Sequence record: OK428535.1
DNA: 64,000 bases
Reading direction: 5' to 3' (one strand)
Source: Escherichia phage vB_EcoM_Lh1B
Shown here: positions 1 to 9,032 of the stretch, one piece after another
How the letters are laid out: each line of letters starts with the position of its first letter
Position numbering within the stretch: position 1 is the stretch's first letter
Notes under the pieces: generated by a model
The model's database searches: none
What the model saw: the letters and a program-made list of their open reading frames with translations, nothing else
What the model was told of the DNA's origin: nothing
Position numbers and translations under genes: made by a program

Positions 1-1
1 G

Positions 2-634
2 CCTGATTGGAGTAAACCGCCGTCAATCACCTCTATCCTGTCACTGACCAGCAAATTGGGGTCGGTGAACGTATATGGGGAGTGGGGAACTCTTAGCACG
101 ACTGATGCTAACTTCCTGGATTACGTGTGGTTACGACACCAGTTCGGTGCCGACCAAGCGTATTACCAGTCTATCAGTGGGAGCTATCGTTCATACACCT
201 ACATCTACACCTCTTCTGGCTTTTGGCCAATCCTGGAGATGTTTGATGTTGCCAATGAACCTGTGCCGTTGATTGACGAAGGTGCAGAATTAACATGGGC
301 ACCGTCCGTGGTTACTCTGACGGACATCGACCAAAATGAATCGCTTCGTGTGGTGCCTATTACGGAAACCTCCGCTGCAGCGAATCCACGTCCGTTAGTT
401 TTCAACACCGACAACACCGAAACTGCCACCCCTGCCTGGGTGCGGGAAACGTCATCAGACTCACCACGTCCTCTGCTTGCCACGACGGACAATGATGAAC
501 GTGCATATTCCGTCGCGGTAACAGGCATGGCTAGCGTTAAGATTAGACCGATTATTCTCACGACTGACCAAATCGCCCAACCTTCAAAAATTACTCTGGG
601 CGATACTAACGGTGAGTTGGATGGATTCCAATAA
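2..634 (+). CDS. 3' portion of a virion-module protein; 5' end lies upstream of the window
   Basis: Frame is open from position 2 with no stop (the track start at 56 is only the first TTG); C-terminal motif TNGELDGF is shared with CDS 9033-9581. Confidence 0.5.
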   Translation, partial: PDWSKPPSITSILSLTSKLGSVNVYGEWGTLSTTDANFLDYVWLRHQFGADQAYYQSISGSYRSYTYIYTSSGFWPILEMFDVANEPVPLIDEGAELTWAPSVVTLTDIDQNESLRVVPITETSAAANPRPLVFNTDNTETATPAWVRETSSDSPRPLLATTDNDERAYSVAVTGMASVKIRPIILTTDQIAQPSKITLGDTNGELDGFQ

Positions 635-646
635 GAGGTAACGACA

Positions 647-1636
647 ATGGCTTTTACAATTCGTTGGNCGAACAATAACCCTGGGGCTTCGACCGTGAAG
701 CTGTACCGCGACACCAAACCTCTGGTGCGTACGGCATTACCTGAACCCCTGGCAACGTTCACTAACGGGGAAACTGAGTATACTGACCGAACAGCGATAC
801 TGGGGACAACGTATTACTACATGACCACTGTGACAGTGGGAAGCCGAACACTGTTCAGTCCGCAGAAATCAATTCTAATTCAGAACCGTCGCGGTATCGG
901 CATCGTGGCTCCACAGTACGGTGATGACCGCTTTGCGTATTACGGGTACGTGGCGTACGGNGAATTACCTAGNGCGGGNGATTTTCCGCCAGGGTTTGNG
1001 GCCCTTTCTGGATACGACCCAACTGTTAAGCCGGGCTTGATGAAGTTCCAGCTAGACGGTAAAATTCTGTATCTGTTTAGTGGTCTTCGTGTGAACGGCA
1101 ACACGCTGTATAGCCGTGATGCGATTTATAACGCGGGTTTGCTGTACGGTGTGGCGGGACCTGGTCCGGAAGGCGGTCATGGCGATTTACCTGACGTTGA
1201 CCAGGCTGGGGAGTTTACGTGGTTGGGTGACCGCTATCGGATGCGCCTGCTGCGCGGTTTAACACTCGACAGTGAAAGCCCGGTCATGACACTCGATGCA
1301 CAGTGGGACGGTAAACTCCATGACGCGTCACCGTATACTGCCGATAGCGAATACAACCGACTCATCTATGGGATAAGTAGCTGGTTCCCAGAAAAGAAAA
1401 AAGTGATGTCCCTGATAAAGTGGTCGAACTCCAGCATATTTGGAAATGGATNNNTGGTGGCAGGCCGTGGGGCGCATTGTCAGGAGTTTGACCCAGAACN
1501 TAAGTTGGGGCTGACGCGCGGATTGGCGGCGGTGGATTCCACTGATACCGTGGATAACCTCCAGCGTATACAACATGTCCCTGGTGCGACCGTGGGCGGT
1601 ATTTGGATTCCAGTAATCGAGCTTATCGAGGATTAA
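647..1636 (+). CDS. hypothetical virion-associated protein with FN3/Ig-like N-terminal domain
   Basis: 329-aa ORF with GAGG-type RBS; N-terminal 80 aa are paralogous to the N-terminus of CDS 1639-2538. Confidence 0.6.
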   Translation: MAFTIRWXNNNPGASTVKLYRDTKPLVRTALPEPLATFTNGETEYTDRTAILGTTYYYMTTVTVGSRTLFSPQKSILIQNRRGIGIVAPQYGDDRFAYYGYVAYXELPXAXDFPPGFXALSGYDPTVKPGLMKFQLDGKILYLFSGLRVNGNTLYSRDAIYNAGLLYGVAGPGPEGGHGDLPDVDQAGEFTWLGDRYRMRLLRGLTLDSESPVMTLDAQWDGKLHDASPYTADSEYNRLIYGISSWFPEKKKVMSLIKWSNSSIFGNGXXVAGRGAHCQEFDPEXKLGLTRGLAAVDSTDTVDNLQRIQHVPGATVGGIWIPVIELIED

Positions 1637-1638
1637 TC

Positions 1639-2538
1639 ATGCCTATTACATTACACTTTGCACAACGGAAGCCACAGGCGCTCGATAACATCGAAATCTA
1701 TCGCAAGACGCCGGGCAACGCCACAATTGATGTTAATGCACCGGGAACGCCTCTGGCAACCCTTCCGGGTGACGCTACATCGTACGAAGACAACGCTGTG
1801 GAAAACAACACCACTTACCGTTATTGGATAGCTGCGGTTAAAGACGGTGAGCGTGTCTTCAANACCCCNNCCNCCCAAGGGTTTTTTTTANACNCCGGGN
1901 CNGGCCCCCANAAANTGTTATACGGNGNCNGGCACNCNGGATACTTTGGAANANNAACNCCAGNAGANTTATTCACTAACACGGAACTGAACGGCCTCGT
2001 GGTGAATATGTTCAGTTCCGCCGTTGGTGCCTGGCATAAATTCATTTACAAAAACCGTATTCTGTTTATGTCCGATAACTCGATAATAAACGCTAGCCCG
2101 CAGTTCATTTATAACCAGGGGATGATGTACGGCCAGGATGGCAATGGATATGTACCGGGCTGGGCTACTGCACGTAACCAACGGCGCACGGTGACGAAAA
2201 ACGGTTACGAATACGTGGTGCGCTTGCCGTATTTGTTCGACTACAAATTCTGGACGTCTTACGTTGGAAGCGGTAACACTGAGTTGTATCTCGACGGTGA
2301 GTGGTTTAACACCTTCGCGCGCCTGTACAACNACAGGGGGCGGTTTCCGCGCTTTTACGAACTTCCGGTCGGTTCAATCGATTCGGTTACTGCCCAACAA
2401 TCTGCATTCTTTGCGGCTATGAATAACACGTCCAGTCAGTGGTACAACCGTCCACCTTACCCTGAGTCGCCGTCGTGGAGTAACTACGGTACCACTACAA
2501 TACGCTCCATTGCGGTACTTGAACTCGTTCTGCCTTAA
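1639..2538 (+). CDS. hypothetical virion-associated protein (paralog of 647-1636)
   Basis: ATG at 1639 preceded by GAGGA and immediately after the upstream TAA; shared N-terminal domain (TYRYWIAAV versus TYYYMTTV region). Confidence 0.6.
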   Translation: MPITLHFAQRKPQALDNIEIYRKTPGNATIDVNAPGTPLATLPGDATSYEDNAVENNTTYRYWIAAVKDGERVFXTXXXQGFFLXXGXGPXKXLYXXXHXGYFGXXXPXXLFTNTELNGLVVNMFSSAVGAWHKFIYKNRILFMSDNSIINASPQFIYNQGMMYGQDGNGYVPGWATARNQRRTVTKNGYEYVVRLPYLFDYKFWTSYVGSGNTELYLDGEWFNTFARLYNXRGRFPRFYELPVGSIDSVTAQQSAFFAAMNNTSSQWYNRPPYPESPSWSNYGTTTIRSIAVLELVLP

Positions 2539-2585
2539 CAGGAGACTTCATGGGATNGNATAGCGNACTTCACCATAACAGCTAA

Positions 2586-2617
2586 AAATAGGCCCTTCAG
2601 GGCCTATTTTCTTTTTT
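2586..2617 (+). terminator. rho-independent terminator
   Basis: Hairpin aaataGGCCC-ttca-GGGCCtattt followed by a T-run; intergenic. Confidence 0.5.
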
Positions 2618-2628
2618 AGGACGTTGCA

Positions 2629-3948
2629 ATGATCAACTATAACAAACCTGTCATGCAGCTGGTTTGGGATCAGATTAATCGTGATAACCCGCAGCTCAAG
2701 AAACCACTCAACGCAACCAACGTGGCGTTATTACAAGGTCCTTTAACCAATGCCTTGCGCGATGGCCGCAACAGCCGTATAGTGGTAAACGGATTACAGG
2801 GTGGCGGTTACAGCGGTAAGATGGACATCTACTACGACCGCTTAAACCTTTCGCAGTATTTTAAAGGCGTCAGCGTACCGGTTAAAGTACCTTATCGGGC
2901 GACGTCCTACCGCGACATCATCGACCGGATTTCCGCAGCTTGTGGGCTGGTGCTTACTGCTGACGATTTAACGTATCCTGACAGCCAGTTTGCAATGATC
3001 ACTGTGGCAACGGGCGATCGGACGGTGGCGATTAAATCGGATAACCCCGCATTCACGGGTCACATTCCTATTAGCTTTATTCGTGAAGAGCCCAGCTTTG
3101 CCGACTTGTACCACACCACCGAAACCGGAGCTTGGGAACCCATGGATGTTTACAGCACGGTCTATCGACTCGACTGGAGCATGTACACCCAACAGATAAT
3201 CAATATCCCGATGGGTACCCCGCTGCGACTAAACAGTAACTCGTACATGACCCAGTTCATCGCGGCGCTGTCGGCATGGTCGGGCATCCCGTTCACTATC
3301 GGTAATGCTGCTACTGATAACCCGTATGACCTCTATGGGTATGTCGCTACACGCAATAACAACCCAGGCTTAGACCCTGATATGCGTGGGGAGTACAATT
3401 ACTGCGTGAAGTTGACGCCACCTGAGGATATGGGTAATCTCCGCCGTCCGTTCTTCTTGCACTTTGGTCCGAAAAATAACGTGGCCNATTTGGCGCAGGA
3501 AAAGGANGNCGAACGTTATGCGCGTTACATGAGGTTCCGGGAAACCAGCCCAAATTCGATGAGCGTCACGTTGTATCAAAACGAGTACGTGTTGACTCGG
3601 GCAGAATCGCCTGAAACTGCGGATGATTTAACGGGTTCCCCGTATGGCACTCGATACTGTACCGGGAGTATTCGACGGCTGATGCAACACGCGTTTCCGA
3701 CCGAAGAGATGTTCCAAGAAAGTATTGCTAACCGGCGTCGGGTACTGTACCACACTGCTTACACCACCACGACATCAGCTATTACTTACCAGGGACTATA
3801 CCGTAACGGATACCAATCCAAACAAATGACGAGCCTCTACTCGAATTACTGTAACTATTTCATCTATTACGACCCAAGCAAAGGCGGCTATATGGTCTAC
3901 AGTCCATATAGCAAAACCGCCCCGGTCCCTTGGTATCCACCGCTATAG
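2629..3948 (+). CDS. putative tail fibre / virion protein
   Basis: 439-aa ORF; C-terminal motif YYD..G.M...PY.K.AP.PW shared with the C-terminus of CDS 3963-6131. Confidence 0.6.
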   Translation: MINYNKPVMQLVWDQINRDNPQLKKPLNATNVALLQGPLTNALRDGRNSRIVVNGLQGGGYSGKMDIYYDRLNLSQYFKGVSVPVKVPYRATSYRDIIDRISAACGLVLTADDLTYPDSQFAMITVATGDRTVAIKSDNPAFTGHIPISFIREEPSFADLYHTTETGAWEPMDVYSTVYRLDWSMYTQQIINIPMGTPLRLNSNSYMTQFIAALSAWSGIPFTIGNAATDNPYDLYGYVATRNNNPGLDPDMRGEYNYCVKLTPPEDMGNLRRPFFLHFGPKNNVAXLAQEKXXERYARYMRFRETSPNSMSVTLYQNEYVLTRAESPETADDLTGSPYGTRYCTGSIRRLMQHAFPTEEMFQESIANRRRVLYHTAYTTTTSAITYQGLYRNGYQSKQMTSLYSNYCNYFIYYDPSKGGYMVYSPYSKTAPVPWYPPL

Positions 3949-3962
3949 ACTAAGGTGTCACC

Positions 3963-6131
3963 ATGTCCTACACTCCTGATTTAGTGGCGACCNTGATTCG
4001 GTCGCTCAACCGTAAAAACGCGGTCGCCAAAGCAGTAGACCCCGCTAACGTTCGCCTGGTGTCCGTGGAGCATCGTGACGAAAAAACCCTAGACGTCACA
4101 CTGACAGGGGGTCCGGGGTATTCAAGTTACGGTCAAATTACGGCCCAAGTGACGAAGCAAAATATTGCTGATTATTTCGCTAAGGTTAAGTTGGATGCCA
4201 TTCCCACCTGTGCATCCATCCACGAGCTGTTGCCGCATTTAGACACTCTACTAGGGATTACCTTTTTAACCGACGACTTTGAAGACCTGCCTATCACTTG
4301 GACAAACAATGCTGCGCGCATCACGTTCCAGGCGAAACAGACAAGTCTTATCTGGTACGGCAGCCAAACGCTAGATGTGATAAACGGTGACGTGGATATC
4401 AACACTGTCTACACTGTTACCAATATCATTCTCACGCTAAAGGCTGCGAATAAACAGCAGTGGATTAACTTCTACTCTAATGCAGCCAAACGGATCGTGG
4501 ATCTTGATAAAGTCGATGTCAGCGCCCCGATGTCCCCGGAGGATATAGGCCAAACCTCTGCGTATAACAGCGTCGTGGCTTTGACCGCTAGACCGGGGAG
4601 CGGGATGTTTGGAACGAAGTATGTGTTCTTCTCACGTAACAAACTCGAGACATATGCAGGCAAAACCACATACGTCCCGGATGATTTCACCGGTAGCCTG
4701 CACGATGCTCTGGCCATCGAGACACTCGGCATTCGGAGCGTTTTTGATGTAAACGAAATTGCTCCTGTAGAGAACCTGGCAGGCGAGTGGCCGAGACAAG
4801 TGCAATTGGCACCCGTAGAGGGTTCGTACAAAGTCATGGGCAGCGCCACGTTGAATGTGGCACGCTATCAAGATAACGAGCAAACCCTTAACCTGAACTA
4901 CACAACTACGTCGCAAGTTTCGGACAGCTACTGGGCCACGACGTTGACCAACCATGCGGCGTGCGGGCGTTTGTTTNTTAACGTGACCGTAGANGNGGGG
5001 GNTTTNGTTTTTCGCNCCAACAACCTAAAACCGACGTTCGTTATCGACGAATTGCCGCAAATTGGCGAGGTGGTTTGGAACTTCGTTAACCGGGGAACCA
5101 TTCTTGGTCGNGGTGGTTCGGGTATGGTCTATTCTCTGCCTGCGAACACATCAGCAGACGGAGCTGACGCAATCCACATTACCGATACCTTCCGCGGCAA
5201 AGTCACCATCGAAAACTACGGCACCATCGCCGGAGGTGGGGGTGGGGGCGACTACTATGCGTTTACCACCNCCAAGNTCGGTGGAGCTGGTGGTGCGCCT
5301 CTCGGGCCAGGCGCGGCGGTACCCAGCGGCACCAATAACCGTAACGGCTTAGCTGGGTCCCGTGACAAAGGCGGTGCTACCCAGTTAGTCGTCGCACAAT
5401 TTACCGGCTACCAGAGTCGCNACTATGGCGGTCCTGGTGGCGATTGGGGCCAGCCGGGACGATATACAGCGTTCGAGCAATGGAACACCCCGGCTACCGG
5501 CTCGCCGGTCTATGTCTACGGTCGTGAAGACGGGATGTCATGGACTCGCCCTGGGATGGCAGGCGAAGCCGTCGGTGGGAATAAAAGTATCGTCAACNGG
5601 GTATCCNTCGNAACGGGGAAACCNAATTTCACCNACGAGTACCAANAGTTCCNCNNCNACCNCNCAGATTTAGATNCCAACCGATTGGCCAGTGCGGATG
5701 GGATAGATAAAGTCACCGACCCAACCAAACCTGTAGTTGTGGAGTTCTTAGGTACGATTATTTCAGGTACGCTNTTCAAAAAGCAAAACATACCCGGCGG
5801 TTTGGTGGGAACACCATACGGCGATGCTGTAGCCAACTTACCGAGCACCACATTGTTTGGTATCATGGCACACTGTGTATCGGAGTTTGATATTGTGCAC
5901 GACACTTGGCGTTACAACCGTGCGGTAATGTTCACCCTAAAACCCNCNCCTACCGGGGCGATTGGCCTCGCTGTGGAACGCAACCGGGTGAAATCGGCTA
6001 CCAGTAGTACACCGGTGGAGAGGTTCTATGTCGATCGCTTCGTGTATTACGATGCGTATCTCGGTAAAATGATGGAATGTAATCCGTATACCAAATCTGC
6101 CCCTAAACCGTGGGTGCGGCCAACGATATGA
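3963..6131 (+). CDS. putative tail fibre protein with Gly-rich repeats
   Basis: 722-aa ORF with poly-Gly/GGxGG stretches (GGGGGGDYY..GGAGGAPLGPGA) typical of fibre shafts; shares its C-terminal module with CDS 2629-3948; contains n-runs. Confidence 0.65.
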   Translation: MSYTPDLVATXIRSLNRKNAVAKAVDPANVRLVSVEHRDEKTLDVTLTGGPGYSSYGQITAQVTKQNIADYFAKVKLDAIPTCASIHELLPHLDTLLGITFLTDDFEDLPITWTNNAARITFQAKQTSLIWYGSQTLDVINGDVDINTVYTVTNIILTLKAANKQQWINFYSNAAKRIVDLDKVDVSAPMSPEDIGQTSAYNSVVALTARPGSGMFGTKYVFFSRNKLETYAGKTTYVPDDFTGSLHDALAIETLGIRSVFDVNEIAPVENLAGEWPRQVQLAPVEGSYKVMGSATLNVARYQDNEQTLNLNYTTTSQVSDSYWATTLTNHAACGRLFXNVTVXXGXXVFRXNNLKPTFVIDELPQIGEVVWNFVNRGTILGXGGSGMVYSLPANTSADGADAIHITDTFRGKVTIENYGTIAGGGGGGDYYAFTTXKXGGAGGAPLGPGAAVPSGTNNRNGLAGSRDKGGATQLVVAQFTGYQSRXYGGPGGDWGQPGRYTAFEQWNTPATGSPVYVYGREDGMSWTRPGMAGEAVGGNKSIVNXVSXXTGKXNFTXEYQXFXXXXXDLDXNRLASADGIDKVTDPTKPVVVEFLGTIISGTXFKKQNIPGGLVGTPYGDAVANLPSTTLFGIMAHCVSEFDIVHDTWRYNRAVMFTLKPXPTGAIGLAVERNRVKSATSSTPVERFYVDRFVYYDAYLGKMMECNPYTKSAPKPWVRPTI

Positions 6132-6190
6132 TTATCGTAATTTAACGNGGAACTTGNCGGGTTTAAANCCNGAANANAACCCNNNCCCNN

Positions 6191-6218
6191 TTCCCCNCGG
6201 GGAAGNGGNTTTNTTTTT
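6191..6218 (+). terminator. probable terminator (low-quality sequence)
   Basis: ttcccc-n-cggggaa hairpin followed by a T-run, inside an n-rich patch. Confidence 0.3.
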
Positions 6219-6836
6219 ATGACCCTATCAACTCAGGAGGTTATCGTGGTCGATCGTTGGAGTAAAGAGGGCATTATTCGTGCCAAAGTAAACATCGAAG
6301 CCGGTTACGTTAATAACCCGAAAGATTTGGGCAAAGCAACGAACCGCGGTGTCACCGAACTCACTGCGCGAGAATATGGCTATAAAGGGGATATGCGTGA
6401 CCTGAGCTTAGAAATCGCGTTAGACATTTACAACAAGCTCTGGTGGCAGCGGATGCGTTTAGACCAGATTATGAAAATGAATGTCCTGCTAGCTGACCGA
6501 ATGTTTGATTTCGGCATCAACGCAGGACGCGGTAACTGTATCAAGTCCCTGCAACGTATTCTGAACGTATTAAACCGCCAGGGTAAACTATACGATGATA
6601 TCGATGCCGATGGTGGTATCGGGCCACGTACGTTAACAGCGTTAGAAGGCTTCATCAAAGCCCGTGGGGAAGAGGGCCTGAATCGACTGATGTTCGCTTT
6701 AACCTGTCATCAGGTTGCGTATTACACGGAAATCAGTGAAGGGCGTGAGGATAACGAAGAGTTTACTTACGGCTGGTATGGCCGCGTCTATCAGGAAATG
6801 CCAGACTACGTGGCTAAGTTGGGGATGTGCAAATGA
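6219..6836 (+). CDS. endolysin: GH108-type N-acetylmuramidase with PG_binding_3 domain
   Basis: N-terminal EAGYVNNPKDLGKATNRGVTE matches the GH108 EGGYvnDP..GG.T..GIT signature; C-terminal DADGGIGPRTLTAL matches the PG_binding_3 DG.iGp.T..AL motif; no signal peptide or TM segment. Confidence 0.8.
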   Translation: MTLSTQEVIVVDRWSKEGIIRAKVNIEAGYVNNPKDLGKATNRGVTELTAREYGYKGDMRDLSLEIALDIYNKLWWQRMRLDQIMKMNVLLADRMFDFGINAGRGNCIKSLQRILNVLNRQGKLYDDIDADGGIGPRTLTALEGFIKARGEEGLNRLMFALTCHQVAYYTEISEGREDNEEFTYGWYGRVYQEMPDYVAKLGMCK

Positions 6837-7024
6837 AACAGAATTGGTTTGCTGCCTTAATGAAAGCTATCTGGCGCGCCCTTGTTTTTGCCNNAAGGAG
6901 AAAACGAAATGACCCACCGTCCAACTCCGCCTAAGTTCCCCGAAGTACAAACCGTTCCGGAAACGTATTACGATTCTGGGTTCTTCAAACTATTACGCGC
7001 GATCTTCTGTCGGAGGGTAAAGCC

Positions 7025-7117
7025 ATGCAATACGACAACGACGACTGGCCGAAAGGCTTAATGCCCATTTTACTGGGATTAATGGTCCTCACGATGCTCG
7101 TGCGTTATATGACGTGA
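7025..7117 (+). CDS. tiny single-TM peptide (30 aa)
   Basis: ATG preceded by GGAGGG; MQYDNDDWPKGLMPILLGLMVLTMLVRYMT has one hydrophobic helix; below the ORF-track length cut-off. Confidence 0.3.
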   Translation: MQYDNDDWPKGLMPILLGLMVLTMLVRYMT

Positions 7118-7124
7118 GGTCAGT

Positions 7125-7766
7125 ATGGAAGCACTTAAGTATAAGTTGTTAGAGAAGCCGTGGTTTATCCTCACGGATGATTTCCATTTCGAGTTTACGT
7201 TGCGCAGCCTCTATCGTGAGCACACCGGAATGGATGCGATGGTAGCATTAACAGGTGTACACCCGGATACTCCGTTATGGGTAACGGTACCGAAAGGATT
7301 TGTAACGGACCTGGCAAGCATTCCAGAAGCGNTNCNNCCTATCCTNCNNCCGGANGGGCCTTGGGCCGCNGCCNCTTGTGTGCATGATTTGTTTTACCAG
7401 AAACGTTCATCGGGGGTCTTGTACCCTGACACTGTCGAAGGTAATCTATCTCGTGCATGTGACAAAACATTCGCTGACCTGATGTTCTTACGTATCATGG
7501 AGGCATTAGGCGTTGACACCTTTATTCGTAAGTCCTTCTACCATGCCGTTCACGAGTTTGGTTGGCCGTCCTATGTAGACGATAACTCTAAGGTGGTTTA
7601 TAGCCGGCCGGTAGAAAAGACGTTGTCCTATAATCGCAACTACCTGTTCTTTAGAACGTCGCGTACGTTAGCGATTCCTGAACACGAACGTGTTGACATT
7701 ACTAATGGGCAACCGGTAAACGTGCAGTATTTGAATATCAAACGTGCGTTCCTGACTACCCCTTAA
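7125..7766 (+). CDS. hypothetical protein (DUF1353-like motif?)
   Basis: 213-aa ORF with GAGG RBS; motif VTDLASIP...CVHDLFY resembles the DUF1353 signature from memory. Confidence 0.55.
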   Translation: MEALKYKLLEKPWFILTDDFHFEFTLRSLYREHTGMDAMVALTGVHPDTPLWVTVPKGFVTDLASIPEAXXPIXXPXGPWAXAXCVHDLFYQKRSSGVLYPDTVEGNLSRACDKTFADLMFLRIMEALGVDTFIRKSFYHAVHEFGWPSYVDDNSKVVYSRPVEKTLSYNRNYLFFRTSRTLAIPEHERVDITNGQPVNVQYLNIKRAFLTTP

Positions 7767-7775
7767 GGAGAGAAA

Positions 7776-8291
7776 ATGTTTCATCCGAATCCTGCCAACT
7801 TCGCGTTAAAAGAGTTGATGCCGCAGGAGTACATCGCGAAATATGGTGAAGGTGCTATTCGTTTCCTTAATCCGTTACTGCTAATCTCGCTCCAACAGAT
7901 TCGTAATCGTTTTGGGCGGATGGTGATTTTAACCAGTTCCCAGCAACAGCGTAGTCTGCGTACCCTGCAGTTCTTTATTAATCAAGAGAAACCAAAGGGT
8001 GGAGATTGGCAAACTCGTGCAAACAAACTGTACGCCGAATCAGGCAGTATGCATAAATTCGGTAATGCGTTTGATGCAACAATGCTTGATACACCGTTGC
8101 AGAAAGTACACGACTATATTGCCGCGAACCCTAACGAGTTTCCGTTTATTCACTTTATCGAGTGCGATATTACCTGGCTGCATGTTGACGTACGCAACCA
8201 GCCTGATATCACCTTCTGGTCACCGACACGTGGTACCGTTAAAGTGGTTAAGCAACAACCCATCGATTGGAGCAAGCTAGTTAAAATCTAA
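7776..8291 (+). CDS. peptidase M15-family (Peptidase_M15_3-like) cell-wall peptidase
   Basis: AAGGAG RBS; motifs SMHKFGNAFDAT and WLHVDVRN match the Zn-binding S.H..G.A.D / HVDVR signature of M15 D-Ala-D-Ala / L-Ala-D-Glu peptidases. Confidence 0.6.
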   Translation: MFHPNPANFALKELMPQEYIAKYGEGAIRFLNPLLLISLQQIRNRFGRMVILTSSQQQRSLRTLQFFINQEKPKGGDWQTRANKLYAESGSMHKFGNAFDATMLDTPLQKVHDYIAANPNEFPFIHFIECDITWLHVDVRNQPDITFWSPTRGTVKVVKQQPIDWSKLVKI

Positions 8292-8383
8292 GCCACTTTA
8301 ATCAAAAGTAATATCATTTATCATTTGATACGTTTAATGCGCTTAGAGAGCGTTACAGAGCGTTTTAGAGGGTAAATAAAGCC

Positions 8384-8414
8384 CTTACCCACTCCCCTTA
8401 CGGGAGTGGGTAAG
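8384..8414. terminator. bidirectional rho-independent terminator
   Basis: Stem CTTACCCACTCCC / GGGAGTGGGTAAG with A-rich 5' and T-rich 3' flanks, between convergent genes. Confidence 0.6.
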
Positions 8415-8416
8415 CA

Positions 8417-8908
8417 TTATTTATTTTCTTCTAACGGAACAATCGTAATCGGAGTAGGAACTTCACCGATAAACCCGCTGCTGCAGCGAAAGAATGTCAT
8501 CCCTTTACCTTCGCCGGTATACGGGTTCACATCCGAAAAAGAATAAGTGGGGCTATCGTTTACGGTTTTATTAATACGGTAATAACGCTCACCTGTGGTG
8601 GTGTTAACATTCCCGTCGATTTTGCCGATCACGTCTTTAAACATCATCGGTGACTCTAGTTTGCCACCGTCCCACGCTGCTACCCAGTTTGCACCCACAT
8701 CCATTACTGTTACTGACCGCGGCATCATTTGTAGGTTGTCCAGTACCGGACGGTAGTCTACAAACTTCTCCTGCGTCCCTGTGCATGTATAAATCACCAA
8801 GTCGTGATTCTTTACTGGTGTGGCGCTAAATTGTCCTATGTTGCTTGGCGACTGAACACAACCGGCCAACAGGTTTATAATCGCGAATACGATAAATAGA
8901 CGTTTCAT
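8417..8908 (-). CDS. lipoprotein (possible superinfection-exclusion or receptor-masking protein)
   Basis: Signal peptide with lipobox MKRLFIVFAIINLLAGC; AGGA RBS. Confidence 0.65.
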   Translation of the reverse strand: MKRLFIVFAIINLLAGCVQSPSNIGQFSATPVKNHDLVIYTCTGTQEKFVDYRPVLDNLQMMPRSVTVMDVGANWVAAWDGGKLESPMMFKDVIGKIDGNVNTTTGERYYRINKTVNDSPTYSFSDVNPYTGEGKGMTFFRCSSGFIGEVPTPITIVPLEENK

Positions 8909-9032
8909 AGAGTATCCTTTCAGTGGTAAAAACTTTCTCGTTTAACAGCCAACTTTACTGTCATATTAAGCCCACTATGTTGTTTTTAGAACGATTTAGT
9001 ATGCACCACAAACCTACTATAAGGAAACAACC

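Noticed and set aside
8341-8368. Short direct repeat AGAGCGTT-ac-AGAGCGTT upstream of the terminator at 8384
   Set aside because: Only two copies of 8 nt; too short to separate from chance without genome-wide statistics.
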